A stretch of 64,000 nt of DNA from Theionarchaea archaeon (lineage in GTDB: Archaea; Methanobacteriota_B; Thermococci; Methanofastidiosales; SZ-28-30). Made by a program: the position numbers and the translations under genes. Positions within the stretch are counted from its first letter, which is position 1, and each line of letters begins with the position of its first letter. Below, one piece after another: positions 46,418 through 56,247 of the stretch. The stretch covers positions 96,001-160,000 of the forward strand of contig JACVGT010000018.1 in NCBI GenBank assembly GCA_018992685.1, read 5' to 3'. The notes under the pieces were generated by a model that was not told where the DNA came from, did not search any database, and was given only the letters and a program-made list of their open reading frames with translations.

Positions 46418-49042
46418 TCATTCTTTTTCCTTGATACCCTGAGAGAAATCAGAAGTCCCTCCCCCTCTCCCATACTTCTTGATGAGTTCATTGGCTTTGT
46501 ATCCCTTCTCCACAGCTTTTTTACCACAGAAGACCACCAGATCACCTTTTTCATTGTGAAGGATTACTACCCCATTATCACACACCAGGCTGAGCCCGGT
46601 TTCCCGCAACACATCTCTGTCCCCTTCCACCTCTTCTTCCAGAAAGAGAATATCCCCTTCTTCTGTGAAGCACTCGTTGAGTCGTATTTTCCGTATCTGA
46701 GACAATTCTCGCTTCAAAGTATCAATCTCCTTTGACTTCATCTTCCATTCATCAAAGAAGCGCTGAGCAGTTTTCACCACCTGCGATTTTTCAACCCGGA
46801 GAATCTCCCCTATTTCCCGCAGCATATCTGCATCTTCTTGCACACATTTCAAAGCTGTCAATCCTGCAGTGAATTCCAGCCGCAAAACGGCATCCGATAT
46901 CTTTTCAAAGTTCACAATCTTAATAAACCCTACTTCACTGGTGCTGTCTGCATGGGTTCCCCCACAAGCTTCCACGTCAAACCCAGAAATGTTCAATACC
47001 CGCAAGACTTTTCCCGGTACAGCACCTCCCTGGTATAACCTGAACCCGTACTCTCTTTCCGCTTCATTGCGAAAAAGGAACATCTTCTGAATGTGGATTC
47101 CCTTGAGAACCATGTCGTTGGCAATCTTCTCTATCAGGTGAAGCTCCTGTGAAGTCAGGGTTTCGTAGTGTGTAACATCCAGTCTCCCACATGATTCCGA
47201 TATATGAGAACCTGCTTGCCACACGTGGTTACCCAGGACCTTGCGACAGGCTCCGTTGATTAGATGGGCTGCTGTATGGTGTCTCGTAAGCGTATCCCTT
47301 CTTTCTCCATTGATTCTACAAGAAACAGATTTTCCTTTCTTAATGGTTCCTTCCTTCAGACGATGAACTACAGTTTTTCCTTCCTTGAACACATCAACGA
47401 CTTCTCTATCATCAATCCATCCTGTATCATGTTCCTGACCGCCTCCTTCGGGATAGAATGCGGTTTTGTCCAGGACAACAAGTGTGTCGCAGCTGTCTAT
47501 GACGGTGGCAGTGAATTCCCTCATCTTCTCGTTCTCATAGTACAGGGGTTCTGTTTCATAGGGCGGAAATACTGCAGGCTCCTGTTCACATATGGGGGCA
47601 GCCTTCTCGACTTCTTCAAACCGCGGTATGGAGAATGAAATCCCTGCTTCCTGGGCTGCTTTCTCCAGCAACTCTGGATTGACGCCGTGAGATTGGTACA
47701 ATTCTGCCAGTTTATGATGAGTAATCTTCTTTGAGGAAAGTGCCTTTTCAAGTTCTTTTTCCACTTTTATGCGTGCCTTCCTGTATTTTCTCTTCTCCAC
47801 ATCTATAATTTTGTAGATATCCTCCAGGTTTTCAGTCAATTCAGGAAATTGCGGCTTCAAATACCGGGCATGTTCTTCAAATACGTTCTCCAGGGAAATA
47901 TCCCAGCCGTATGTTTGAATGAAGTTCAGGCATCGCCTCAGTAAAGCACGGAGGTTATATCCTCCCCCAATATTTGAAGGGAGGGCGCCATCATTAAGGG
48001 CAACTAAAAGTCCCCTCGTATGCTCTCCAATAGAGTATAAAGCTGCCTGATTTTCAACTCTCTTTCTGAGAAATTCTGGGTCAACTTCTAAAATGCGAGC
48101 CGTGTGATTCCATGCTTGGTTCACGTCATCAATTTCATCTATATTAAATAATCCCGCATAGGGAGCGAATTTATCCATTAATGGACGATCAGGCTTGAAC
48201 CCCGTCATCTTGTACAACATGTCCATGACAGTGGGGAAAACAGCATCGTACGATGTTGACAGCCCGGAGCAAAACCATGTGTTTCGTTCCTGACCCATCC
48301 CCATGTCCAGCACCTTGAGGTTCAATTCATCATACCCTGATTCAGTCAGGGTATACAACATGTATACCTGATTTCCCAGTTCCAGTCCCCCTGAGAAATA
48401 CTCCATACAGGCTCCTCCATTTCCTCCTCCTGCCCAGCCGTCCTCATGAAAGATTATCTCATCTTGGGGGATTCTCAGTCCTTGCGTCAGCCAGGAATAG
48501 ATGTGATCAAGATATTCATTCTGATCATAGGCTTCGGGGGGTTCAAAGGCATGCTGCCCGATCATGACAAATCCTGTGTAGTGGATGCCAGTAATTCCAA
48601 CATTTTCCACATCCACAAATCGCAAGGAAAACTGGGGCACAACTAACGGATTGGCAGGAGGATCGACAGCACCTGATACCACATGGGGCTGGAAATCGTA
48701 GATTGAGGCCTGCACAAAATCGGTATCATCCCTCCACCTGGCTACCACTGGATATCTTTGGATGGGCGTATACCCAAACTTCTCAAACATGGCGCTGAAC
48801 TCATCCCATACTTCAGTGTACGTAAGAGAACGGTAAGGAGTTCTGCCCACAAACTGGAAGGTGCCCTGGCATTGAGGGTCTCCGCACACTGCTCTTTCAC
48901 ATGTGCTCCAGAAGTACTTGCCGCACCTTGTGCACTGGTGCCTGGAAAACCCTAAATTCCTCAGCGTTTCCACTCCGAAGTACCTTTCCGGCTGGTTGGA
49001 TGCAACCTGTCTAAACATCTCCTTGGTCTTCTTCACATCCAT
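46418..49042 (-). CDS. alaS: Alanine--tRNA ligase (archaeal type)
   Basis: N-terminal Cys knuckle, RYPVVARWRDD..ASIYDFQP, GLELGNQV, FYPEGGGQ, HTAAH, EACGGTH, GGG C-Ala domain. Confidence 0.97.
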   Translation of the reverse strand: MDVKKTKEMFRQVASNQPERYFGVETLRNLGFSRHQCTRCGKYFWSTCERAVCGDPQCQGTFQFVGRTPYRSLTYTEVWDEFSAMFEKFGYTPIQRYPVVARWRDDTDFVQASIYDFQPHVVSGAVDPPANPLVVPQFSLRFVDVENVGITGIHYTGFVMIGQHAFEPPEAYDQNEYLDHIYSWLTQGLRIPQDEIIFHEDGWAGGGNGGACMEYFSGGLELGNQVYMLYTLTESGYDELNLKVLDMGMGQERNTWFCSGLSTSYDAVFPTVMDMLYKMTGFKPDRPLMDKFAPYAGLFNIDEIDDVNQAWNHTARILEVDPEFLRKRVENQAALYSIGEHTRGLLVALNDGALPSNIGGGYNLRALLRRCLNFIQTYGWDISLENVFEEHARYLKPQFPELTENLEDIYKIIDVEKRKYRKARIKVEKELEKALSSKKITHHKLAELYQSHGVNPELLEKAAQEAGISFSIPRFEEVEKAAPICEQEPAVFPPYETEPLYYENEKMREFTATVIDSCDTLVVLDKTAFYPEGGGQEHDTGWIDDREVVDVFKEGKTVVHRLKEGTIKKGKSVSCRINGERRDTLTRHHTAAHLINGACRKVLGNHVWQAGSHISESCGRLDVTHYETLTSQELHLIEKIANDMVLKGIHIQKMFLFRNEAEREYGFRLYQGGAVPGKVLRVLNISGFDVEACGGTHADSTSEVGFIKIVNFEKISDAVLRLEFTAGLTALKCVQEDADMLREIGEILRVEKSQVVKTAQRFFDEWKMKSKEIDTLKRELSQIRKIRLNECFTEEGDILFLEEEVEGDRDVLRETGLSLVCDNGVVILHNEKGDLVVFCGKKAVEKGYKANELIKKYGRGGGTSDFSQGIKEKE

Positions 49043-49232
49043 TAATTCTCATTTCTTCACCCATTTTTATATCTATGGGATAACCGGTGTGGAGGCATTC
49101 ATGAATCGGCACAAAGAGTGACAAGAATCAATTGACTATCCAGCCAGCAATTATTTAACTACTACAGGTATAGTAAATTTAGAGGTTGTCACCCTCTCAA
49201 CTCAGCATATATGGAATTTGGATGGTGATTGA

Positions 49233-50405
49233 ATGAAGGGATTTTCATCCAGAAGTATACTTGCAATACTGGTGGCAGCATGTATAGTGACCGGGTGCAT
49301 AGATTCCTTCCGGGAACACGAAAAAGAAAAAAACTTCGTACTCGTAGAAGAGTATCCTGGAGTATGTCTGACGAACGATCTGACTGCCCTGCCCCTGGCA
49401 ACATCAGGACATGATGTCTATGTTATCGGAGAGCTTCATGGCACGCGAGAAATACATCTCCTGTTTGTTACATACCTGAAAATGCTTCACGAGACATGTG
49501 GTCTGCGCGATGTCATTATGGAAGTCAACCAGCATGCAGAAGAAGAGGCCAATGCCTATGCTGTGGGGGAACTTGAAGAATTTCCCGCAACAATATGGAA
49601 CAGGCCTGACAGATTTGACGTTCTTGAATACATCAGGGAAATGAATGAGGGGTTACCCGACAAGGGAAAGATCAGGGTACATCTCGTGGACCTAGATATC
49701 GCCCCTCAGGGTGTTGAGCCGTATACCTACTTCTACATGCATCTGGTGGAGCTCAGAGAAGAACTGAAGGCTGAATCCATCAATATTCCCCCCGTACAGG
49801 AGTTTGCACAATGGGATGAAACTGAAATGCTTGAAGTAGTGGAAGCCCTCGAAAAGGAAACGGAGGATGAGAAAGTTCTCAATGAACTACGGACAGTGCG
49901 GACTTCAATCAAATTCAAAAGCGGACAAAATGACTTTGATCTCCGTGAGGAAGCTATAGCCCAAAACATCCAAAACGTTTTGAAAGAAGTGGATCGTGCA
50001 CCATTACTGGCACTGTATGGTCGCTACCATTCATTCAAGGTAAGGGGCACCTATTCCTGGGGTGATCCGTGGGTGGATCGCCTGAGAGATTCAGGAACAT
50101 CAGTGTATTCAGTGAGCGTGACAGCAGCATCGGGAGAGTATTGGCTCGATTACCACGTGTTTGACGCCGGTGCTGAAGGGTTCTATATGGATGACGTGCT
50201 CCTGGAAAAAGACACTCCGCTGAAAGCGCTTTTTGACATATGGGCAGACTATGAGATTGCATATGTGGATCTTCATACAATTACGTACCTGGTGGTACCG
50301 TGGCAGGCAAGTGGCCACTGTCCTTTGGAATGCGGTACCAGTCTCTCAGAAGCGTTTGATGGGATAGTACTGTTCAAAGAGGTGAGCCCCAGTAGGACCT
50401 CATAA
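49233..50405 (+). CDS. Erythromycin-esterase/TIKI-superfamily lipoprotein
   Basis: Lipobox-like VTGC; IGELHG, IMEV, REEAIAQNI, YGRYH, FDGIV. Confidence 0.65.
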   Translation: MKGFSSRSILAILVAACIVTGCIDSFREHEKEKNFVLVEEYPGVCLTNDLTALPLATSGHDVYVIGELHGTREIHLLFVTYLKMLHETCGLRDVIMEVNQHAEEEANAYAVGELEEFPATIWNRPDRFDVLEYIREMNEGLPDKGKIRVHLVDLDIAPQGVEPYTYFYMHLVELREELKAESINIPPVQEFAQWDETEMLEVVEALEKETEDEKVLNELRTVRTSIKFKSGQNDFDLREEAIAQNIQNVLKEVDRAPLLALYGRYHSFKVRGTYSWGDPWVDRLRDSGTSVYSVSVTAASGEYWLDYHVFDAGAEGFYMDDVLLEKDTPLKALFDIWADYEIAYVDLHTITYLVVPWQASGHCPLECGTSLSEAFDGIVLFKEVSPSRTS

Positions 50406-50500
50406 ACCGAATGGCGCTGGTGATCCTCATCTGAAAGGGGATCCAGGTATTCCAGATCTGGTATCACAACCCATATAAACGTGCTGGAGCCACAACTATC

Positions 50501-53038
50501 ATGGTGCAGCGGACTGGACTCGTTCTGGCATCAGTTCTGGGATCGAGTATTCTTGCAGGTGTCGTACTACCATACCCTTTTTACATTGTAGCATGGATGG
50601 TGGGACTCTTCTTTGTCACCGGGGCCGGGATCTTGCTGCACCTGGAACCGACGTTGAATCTCGATACGTTGTTGACCTCTGTCCTGGTAGGACTGTGTGT
50701 TCATGTGGTGTATGGATACGTTTTGGGGGCTCTTCAGATAGAATTGACCCTGTGGCTTCTCTTGGCTCCCAGCGTCCTCAGCAGCATCTCAGTAATGCGT
50801 AGCCGGCAAAATATACATCTAAATCTGAAAGACAGCCTCCTCCTGATTCCTCTAATGGTCTTTGTGGTCTTGGCCGGTCATGCAGTTCCTGGGGAACAGG
50901 CTGGCCTCTTTGCTTTTCGGTCCATCATGGAAGCAGGATTCATACCTTCTCATTATCCACTGTATGAGATTCCTTTGAAGACTCCCCTGGGGTTTCATTT
51001 TCTGGTGTATGAGGTACTTTTTTTGGCTGGAGACTGGCACTCTTATTCTCTCTGTGGGGTGATACTGAGTTCTCTTGCTTTTATTCCCTGCTATCTCATG
51101 GCAAAGAGTCTTCACTCAGAGAAGGCAGGATGGGCCGCAGGAATGTGCGCTCTCTTTGCTTCAGTTGCCCTTGTAGACTGCGCACAGGATGGGCTGTATA
51201 GTCTCGGCCTATCTCTTGTAATCCAAGGAACTGTCATGTATTGGGCTCTAGATTCCTCAAAGCAATGCAGTGCCAGAAAACTAGTTCTCGTGGGGCTGGG
51301 TTGTGCTGCTGGAATCGAAGTACATACTTCATTCGTGGTGGTTCTTCCTGCAGTTCTTGTTCTTGCACTGTACGGTGTCTTTCGCAGTTACAGGGGGCGA
51401 CCTATCAAGCCCCTGGCAGTCTTCGGAGGCAGTCTCTTCGTGTTTTTCATTCCATTTGTGGGACAGTCATGCGATGTGACGTCTTCCATCCACGAAGTCG
51501 CGTACTGGGCTGGGGAGATCGGGACTGCAGGAACACCAGGATTTGTCACCGCTAATGTAGGAATCTGGGTAATATTCATTGGAGCTGTGGGATTCCTGTT
51601 TGTGAGAAAAGTGCATGTCCTCTTCTTTGCCGGCTGGATCGGTCTCGGTGCTTCTGCAGCATTGATCAGTGGGTTCATGCTCTCATTTCCTGTGTGGTCC
51701 ATGATTTCCAGCGCAGAGGGACTGAAAATCCTGTCTATTCCCCTATCTGTTCTCGCTGGGATTGGGTTGGTTCATCTCACCAAGCCCTCCTGGAGCATTG
51801 TCTTTCTGCTCTTGCTCATGTCAGTGACACCACAGCCGGTGGTCCGCGAGACCCCTTCCCTACTCACTGGACCCTTTGTTCCTGCAGACTCACAGTATTT
51901 CCTGGATGACCAGGAGGCTATGCAGCTTCTGGAACCCTATCCTGACAGTTATATCCTCAATGACTGGTGGATGGGGACAGGTTCATCCTGGATACTTCCC
52001 CTGGTTGAAAGAAAGGTGATGTTTCCATATCTATACAGGTATGATGGAGCTGTTTCAACATTGAATATTCCAGAGAAGGAGAAAAAATCCTTCCTAGTGG
52101 CAGCACTTCCTGATATTGAGCCATCCTTGCTGTTCTTAAGAGAGGAAGGGGTGGACTACGTTTTCTTATCAGGATATATACGGCCTGAGGTCGCATGGAG
52201 GAGAATCCTGTGGGATCCTGAATGCATGCTGAAAAGCCTGAACTACAACCTCGTTTTCCACAGAGGAGATACCTATCTCTTCAAGGTCTTGCCTTCCTTC
52301 ACCTTTTCAAATACCTACAGGATATCAGAGGTTCCCACGTTTGTGGGGTTCACTGGACGTTGTCCGGCTGGAGGCGGTATGCTGCAGAGCGATGTCCAGC
52401 CTGTTCTTGTGGACTTTGATGGAAATGGCCAGGCGATCATCGCCTGGGGTAGCATGAGTTTTCGTCCTGCACTCTATGTGAGGATCACCTTCCTGGATTC
52501 AGGCTTTGACCCATTTGACATCCTGGTGAGAGAGCAGGAAGAATTCTTTCTGGCCACGGTACCCAGAACGAATTCTGGCCTGTGGGAAACCCTGTACTTC
52601 AGACTTCCTGTTGAAATTGAGGAAGGTGCTGCTGTGATGCTGACTCCTCATGGAACTCCTGTCACTGTGAGTGATGTAGCTGTGATGGCATGTTTTCACG
52701 GGATGAAAGTGTCTGATGAAGTTGTTCTTGTGGGAGATTCGTGGAGCCAGGTCAACGAGGTGTATGTTGCCAAATCATCAGCCACAACCAGCCACATCTA
52801 TGTACTTTCCCCCTTGATTACTGTTGTGAACATAACCTACTTTGATGATGCTCCGGGCAATGTGGATTTCAACATTCTGCTCAGTGGTGGTCAGCTGGGC
52901 AGGTTCATCCTTGAGAGAACGGGAGACGGGAATGTGAAATGTGTGAGTATCCCTATCCCTACAGGGTATTCGTTCCTGGATATTGGCGTTTCTGCCTGGG
53001 AGAGTGATCTCACAATCCTCGCTATATCCTGCGAATAG
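50501..53038 (+). CDS. GT-C-fold-like multi-pass membrane protein, copy 1
   Basis: More than 12 TM helices, PLGFH, soluble C-domain with NDWWMGTGSSWI and VDYVFLS. Confidence 0.6.
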   Translation: MVQRTGLVLASVLGSSILAGVVLPYPFYIVAWMVGLFFVTGAGILLHLEPTLNLDTLLTSVLVGLCVHVVYGYVLGALQIELTLWLLLAPSVLSSISVMRSRQNIHLNLKDSLLLIPLMVFVVLAGHAVPGEQAGLFAFRSIMEAGFIPSHYPLYEIPLKTPLGFHFLVYEVLFLAGDWHSYSLCGVILSSLAFIPCYLMAKSLHSEKAGWAAGMCALFASVALVDCAQDGLYSLGLSLVIQGTVMYWALDSSKQCSARKLVLVGLGCAAGIEVHTSFVVVLPAVLVLALYGVFRSYRGRPIKPLAVFGGSLFVFFIPFVGQSCDVTSSIHEVAYWAGEIGTAGTPGFVTANVGIWVIFIGAVGFLFVRKVHVLFFAGWIGLGASAALISGFMLSFPVWSMISSAEGLKILSIPLSVLAGIGLVHLTKPSWSIVFLLLLMSVTPQPVVRETPSLLTGPFVPADSQYFLDDQEAMQLLEPYPDSYILNDWWMGTGSSWILPLVERKVMFPYLYRYDGAVSTLNIPEKEKKSFLVAALPDIEPSLLFLREEGVDYVFLSGYIRPEVAWRRILWDPECMLKSLNYNLVFHRGDTYLFKVLPSFTFSNTYRISEVPTFVGFTGRCPAGGGMLQSDVQPVLVDFDGNGQAIIAWGSMSFRPALYVRITFLDSGFDPFDILVREQEEFFLATVPRTNSGLWETLYFRLPVEIEEGAAVMLTPHGTPVTVSDVAVMACFHGMKVSDEVVLVGDSWSQVNEVYVAKSSATTSHIYVLSPLITVVNITYFDDAPGNVDFNILLSGGQLGRFILERTGDGNVKCVSIPIPTGYSFLDIGVSAWESDLTILAISCE

Positions 53039-53147
53039 GAATTCTGGTCAGGAATAGGAAAGTCATGAGGGCAGAGAAAGCTGAGGGGACTCAAAGAAGT
53101 CATCTGGACTCACAATTCTTAAATAGGAGAACCTACCATTCACAACA

Positions 53148-55628
53148 ATGAAGCCCTTTCTGACCACACTCGCTCTCTGCAGCATCGTGGTGACTGTTCT
53201 GGCACCTCCTGAAGCGAAACTGGCAGCTGTCTTCGTGCTGCTCCTCTTGCCTGGAGCAGGGATATCCCTCACCATGTACCCCAAGAGAGATTTCGTCGAC
53301 CAGATGGTCTTCTCGGTGCTGTGTGGTCTGGGGTTTCAGATCGTCTATGGCTACTTCCTTTCCATGGTATCCCATTTCTCTCTTGTCAGTTTGAGCGTCC
53401 CTGCTGTAGCGTTTTCTCTCTTAGCGGATTTCAAAGCGATGAAGACTGTGAGCCTTGATAAAAAGTCTCTCCTCATCTTTGTTCCCGCCCTCCTGTTCGG
53501 GTTGGCAACCTGGAACGTGGTGCCTGGAGAAGACGCAATTGCCCATTTACTGATAATTGAAGATATTGTCCAGGAGGCAGCTGTTCCCCAGACATACCTT
53601 TTGTATCCCGAAATTCCTACAATCATTTATCCCTTGGGTGTTCATATTCTCACAGCACAGCTCGAACTCTTTTCTGGGATGAACAATCTCATATTCGGAA
53701 TGGCTTCCTTTCTTGCTGCTGTATTGTGCTTGTCAATATACTGGTTTACCAAGACCATGTTTTCCACAGAAATGGGGCTTCTGGCAGGCGTTCTTGCAGT
53801 ATTTTCCACACTCCCCCCTTTGAACAGTGTCATTCTCAGCAATTATTCCACATTACTGGCCTATGTGATGACCTGTGCCGCAATAGGGGTGATAGTCAAT
53901 CTTAATTCGAGGAAGGATTTTAGGTTATGGGCTGTACTGGCCCTGCTGCTGGCTGCAGGAGCAGAGAGTCACCTTCTCTTTTTTGTGGTCCTGATACCTC
54001 TATCAGTGCTCTTGGTACAGGAGCTGAGAAAGAAGCCTCGTTCTTGGATCAACTACGTTCTCATAATCGGGCTGGCTGCCGTGTTCTGTCTGCCCTTCTT
54101 GCTGCGCATTTCTTCCGCCTACATTCCTTCCAGAGAAGCAGATTTCTCATCTGTGGAATATCTCGTGAGACAGGAAAGTCACTTCTTCCAACGATTCTCT
54201 GCTGACTTGGTTCCTCGAACCATTGGGATATGGATAACCCTGGTGGGCGCACTGGGATTCTTCCTCCTACAAAAATACCGATTGTTCTTTGGTGTATGGG
54301 CTGTCACATTCCTTTTTCTGGCCCTAAATAGTGCAATGGGCATCGAATTCCCATTATGGTACACTTTCTTTGCTCCTCGGATGATAGACCAGTTATTCAT
54401 CCCCTTTTCTGTGATGGGAGCCTTTTTCCTCCTGCAGATGAAAGACTTCTCTAGGCCAGGAGCTGTAATTCTTTCGGGAATCTTACTGCTGTCTGGATGT
54501 TCATATATCCTTCAGACCCCACGGGCAGACCGGGGAGAGCTGTTTCCCACCACATCCCCGTTTTTTGAGAATGATCAAAAGGGCATGATATGGCTCCTGC
54601 AGACTGAACAGGAGAGTATCATACTCAATGATTGGTGGACGGGGACGGGGTCTGCATGGATCCCAAGTCTCACCAGGAGAAAGGTGGTCTTTCCCTACAC
54701 CGTAAATGCTTTCTCCATAAATGTTTTTGCCCGCAAAGATTACGTTAAAGCGTTGAACTTGGCTCAGAAAGAACAGAAAAGCTTCCTAATTGCTGCATAT
54801 CCGGACTCTAAAGAAGCCCATGCCTATCTCAAGGAATGGCACGTAGATTATATATTTTTGTCCAGCTATGTTCTGGAGGAATCCAAATGGAGAGCCGCTC
54901 TGTGGAACCCCTATGGACTGACAGAGAGTCCCAACTATGAATTGGTGTTTCAAGATGGGTATACCTATATCTTCAACGTGAACAGTGAATTTGAATACAG
55001 CACAACCTTCAGATTGAAGGAGCTGGGTGAAGTCAACGTAGAACAGAGTACACCCACTGAGCTCGATGTGTCTCTCGGGTTGTTGAGTTTTCCGGTGGAC
55101 AGAATCCTGGATATCCAGTTTGAAGACGAAGGATTGGGACAGATCGAAGTGAGAACAGGGGATTCCCTTCTGGCACTGATTCCTCAGACTGACAGTAAGA
55201 GTATGGTTCATGTAGCATTCAGGCTCCCTCTTGATGTGGAGCGGATTACACTGTCCTGTCCAGATCGGCCCATAACTGTGGCAGCATCTGTTACCACGAC
55301 TTTCATGACCAGCATTTCCTGTGGAAATACCGTATTCATAGGAACGTCATGGCAGAAGGTAGAATCAGGATGTGAATTATACGATCAGGGACACATCTAC
55401 TTGATCAATCCTTCAGGAGAGGTGGCATTGACATACCTGGACGTGGGCGAAGGCAATGTGGATTTGAATGTCTTCCTCAAGGGTGAATGGCAGAAGGTAA
55501 CTACCATCTACCGGGAAAATGATGGATTGAAGAAGACGATTGTTCTGAAAATGCCTGAAGGATACACACTGCTGGACGTAGGAATTAAAACCTGGGGCGA
55601 CCCTCTCGTGCTTGTTGCAGTCGAATAG
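53148..55628 (+). CDS. GT-C-fold-like multi-pass membrane protein, copy 2
   Basis: PGEDAIAH loop, YPLGVH, NDWWTGTGSAWI, VDYIFLS; collinear with 50501-53038. Confidence 0.65.
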   Translation: MKPFLTTLALCSIVVTVLAPPEAKLAAVFVLLLLPGAGISLTMYPKRDFVDQMVFSVLCGLGFQIVYGYFLSMVSHFSLVSLSVPAVAFSLLADFKAMKTVSLDKKSLLIFVPALLFGLATWNVVPGEDAIAHLLIIEDIVQEAAVPQTYLLYPEIPTIIYPLGVHILTAQLELFSGMNNLIFGMASFLAAVLCLSIYWFTKTMFSTEMGLLAGVLAVFSTLPPLNSVILSNYSTLLAYVMTCAAIGVIVNLNSRKDFRLWAVLALLLAAGAESHLLFFVVLIPLSVLLVQELRKKPRSWINYVLIIGLAAVFCLPFLLRISSAYIPSREADFSSVEYLVRQESHFFQRFSADLVPRTIGIWITLVGALGFFLLQKYRLFFGVWAVTFLFLALNSAMGIEFPLWYTFFAPRMIDQLFIPFSVMGAFFLLQMKDFSRPGAVILSGILLLSGCSYILQTPRADRGELFPTTSPFFENDQKGMIWLLQTEQESIILNDWWTGTGSAWIPSLTRRKVVFPYTVNAFSINVFARKDYVKALNLAQKEQKSFLIAAYPDSKEAHAYLKEWHVDYIFLSSYVLEESKWRAALWNPYGLTESPNYELVFQDGYTYIFNVNSEFEYSTTFRLKELGEVNVEQSTPTELDVSLGLLSFPVDRILDIQFEDEGLGQIEVRTGDSLLALIPQTDSKSMVHVAFRLPLDVERITLSCPDRPITVAASVTTTFMTSISCGNTVFIGTSWQKVESGCELYDQGHIYLINPSGEVALTYLDVGEGNVDLNVFLKGEWQKVTTIYRENDGLKKTIVLKMPEGYTLLDVGIKTWGDPLVLVAVE

Positions 55629-55701
55629 GGCTACTAGGAATCCTTACCTGCTCTTGAGCCCCATGGGAAAACCTTTTTATAACCTCAGAAGGAGAAAAAC
55701 T

Positions 55702-56244
55702 ATGATTCTAGCAGGATCACCAACGGAATATGAGGCAGTAATGGAAGCTGCAAAGCTGATACTGGCTTCCATCAGGACTGCTCCTAAGTCAAGAGGACGG
55801 GATACAATCTGCTCCTGCATAGTGACAGGCGCAGAAAAACAGAAAGTGGCTGACTGGTTGATAGCCCGTAAGGAAAAGGCAGCCTTCTTTGAAAGAGATG
55901 GAATATGTGTAGAAAAGGCACAGGCTCTAATCTTGGTGGGAGTCAAGGGAGAACCTGTTGACCTCAATTGTGGTGGATGCGGCTTTAAAACGTGCCAGGA
56001 ACTCAGAAGTACACAGAAAATCCAGGGAACTGACTTCACAGGGCCGAATTGCATTTTCAAGCTGATGGATCTGGGAGTTGCCCTGGGATCTGCAGCCAAG
56101 ACTGCTAGCCTTCTCAATGTGGATAACCGTCTCTTTTATACTGCAGGAACTGCAGCTCACGCACTCGGATTCCTGGAAGAAGCAGATGTTATCATTGGCA
56201 TTCCTCTGGTCTTAGCAGGGAAAAATCCCTTCTTTGACCGGTAA
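55702..56244 (+). CDS. DUF2148 ferredoxin-like domain protein
   Basis: RTAPKSRG.D, NCGGCGFKTC, GPNC...DLGVALGSA..VDNR, KNPFFDR. Confidence 0.85.
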   Translation: MILAGSPTEYEAVMEAAKLILASIRTAPKSRGRDTICSCIVTGAEKQKVADWLIARKEKAAFFERDGICVEKAQALILVGVKGEPVDLNCGGCGFKTCQELRSTQKIQGTDFTGPNCIFKLMDLGVALGSAAKTASLLNVDNRLFYTAGTAAHALGFLEEADVIIGIPLVLAGKNPFFDR

Positions 56245-56247
56245 CTG

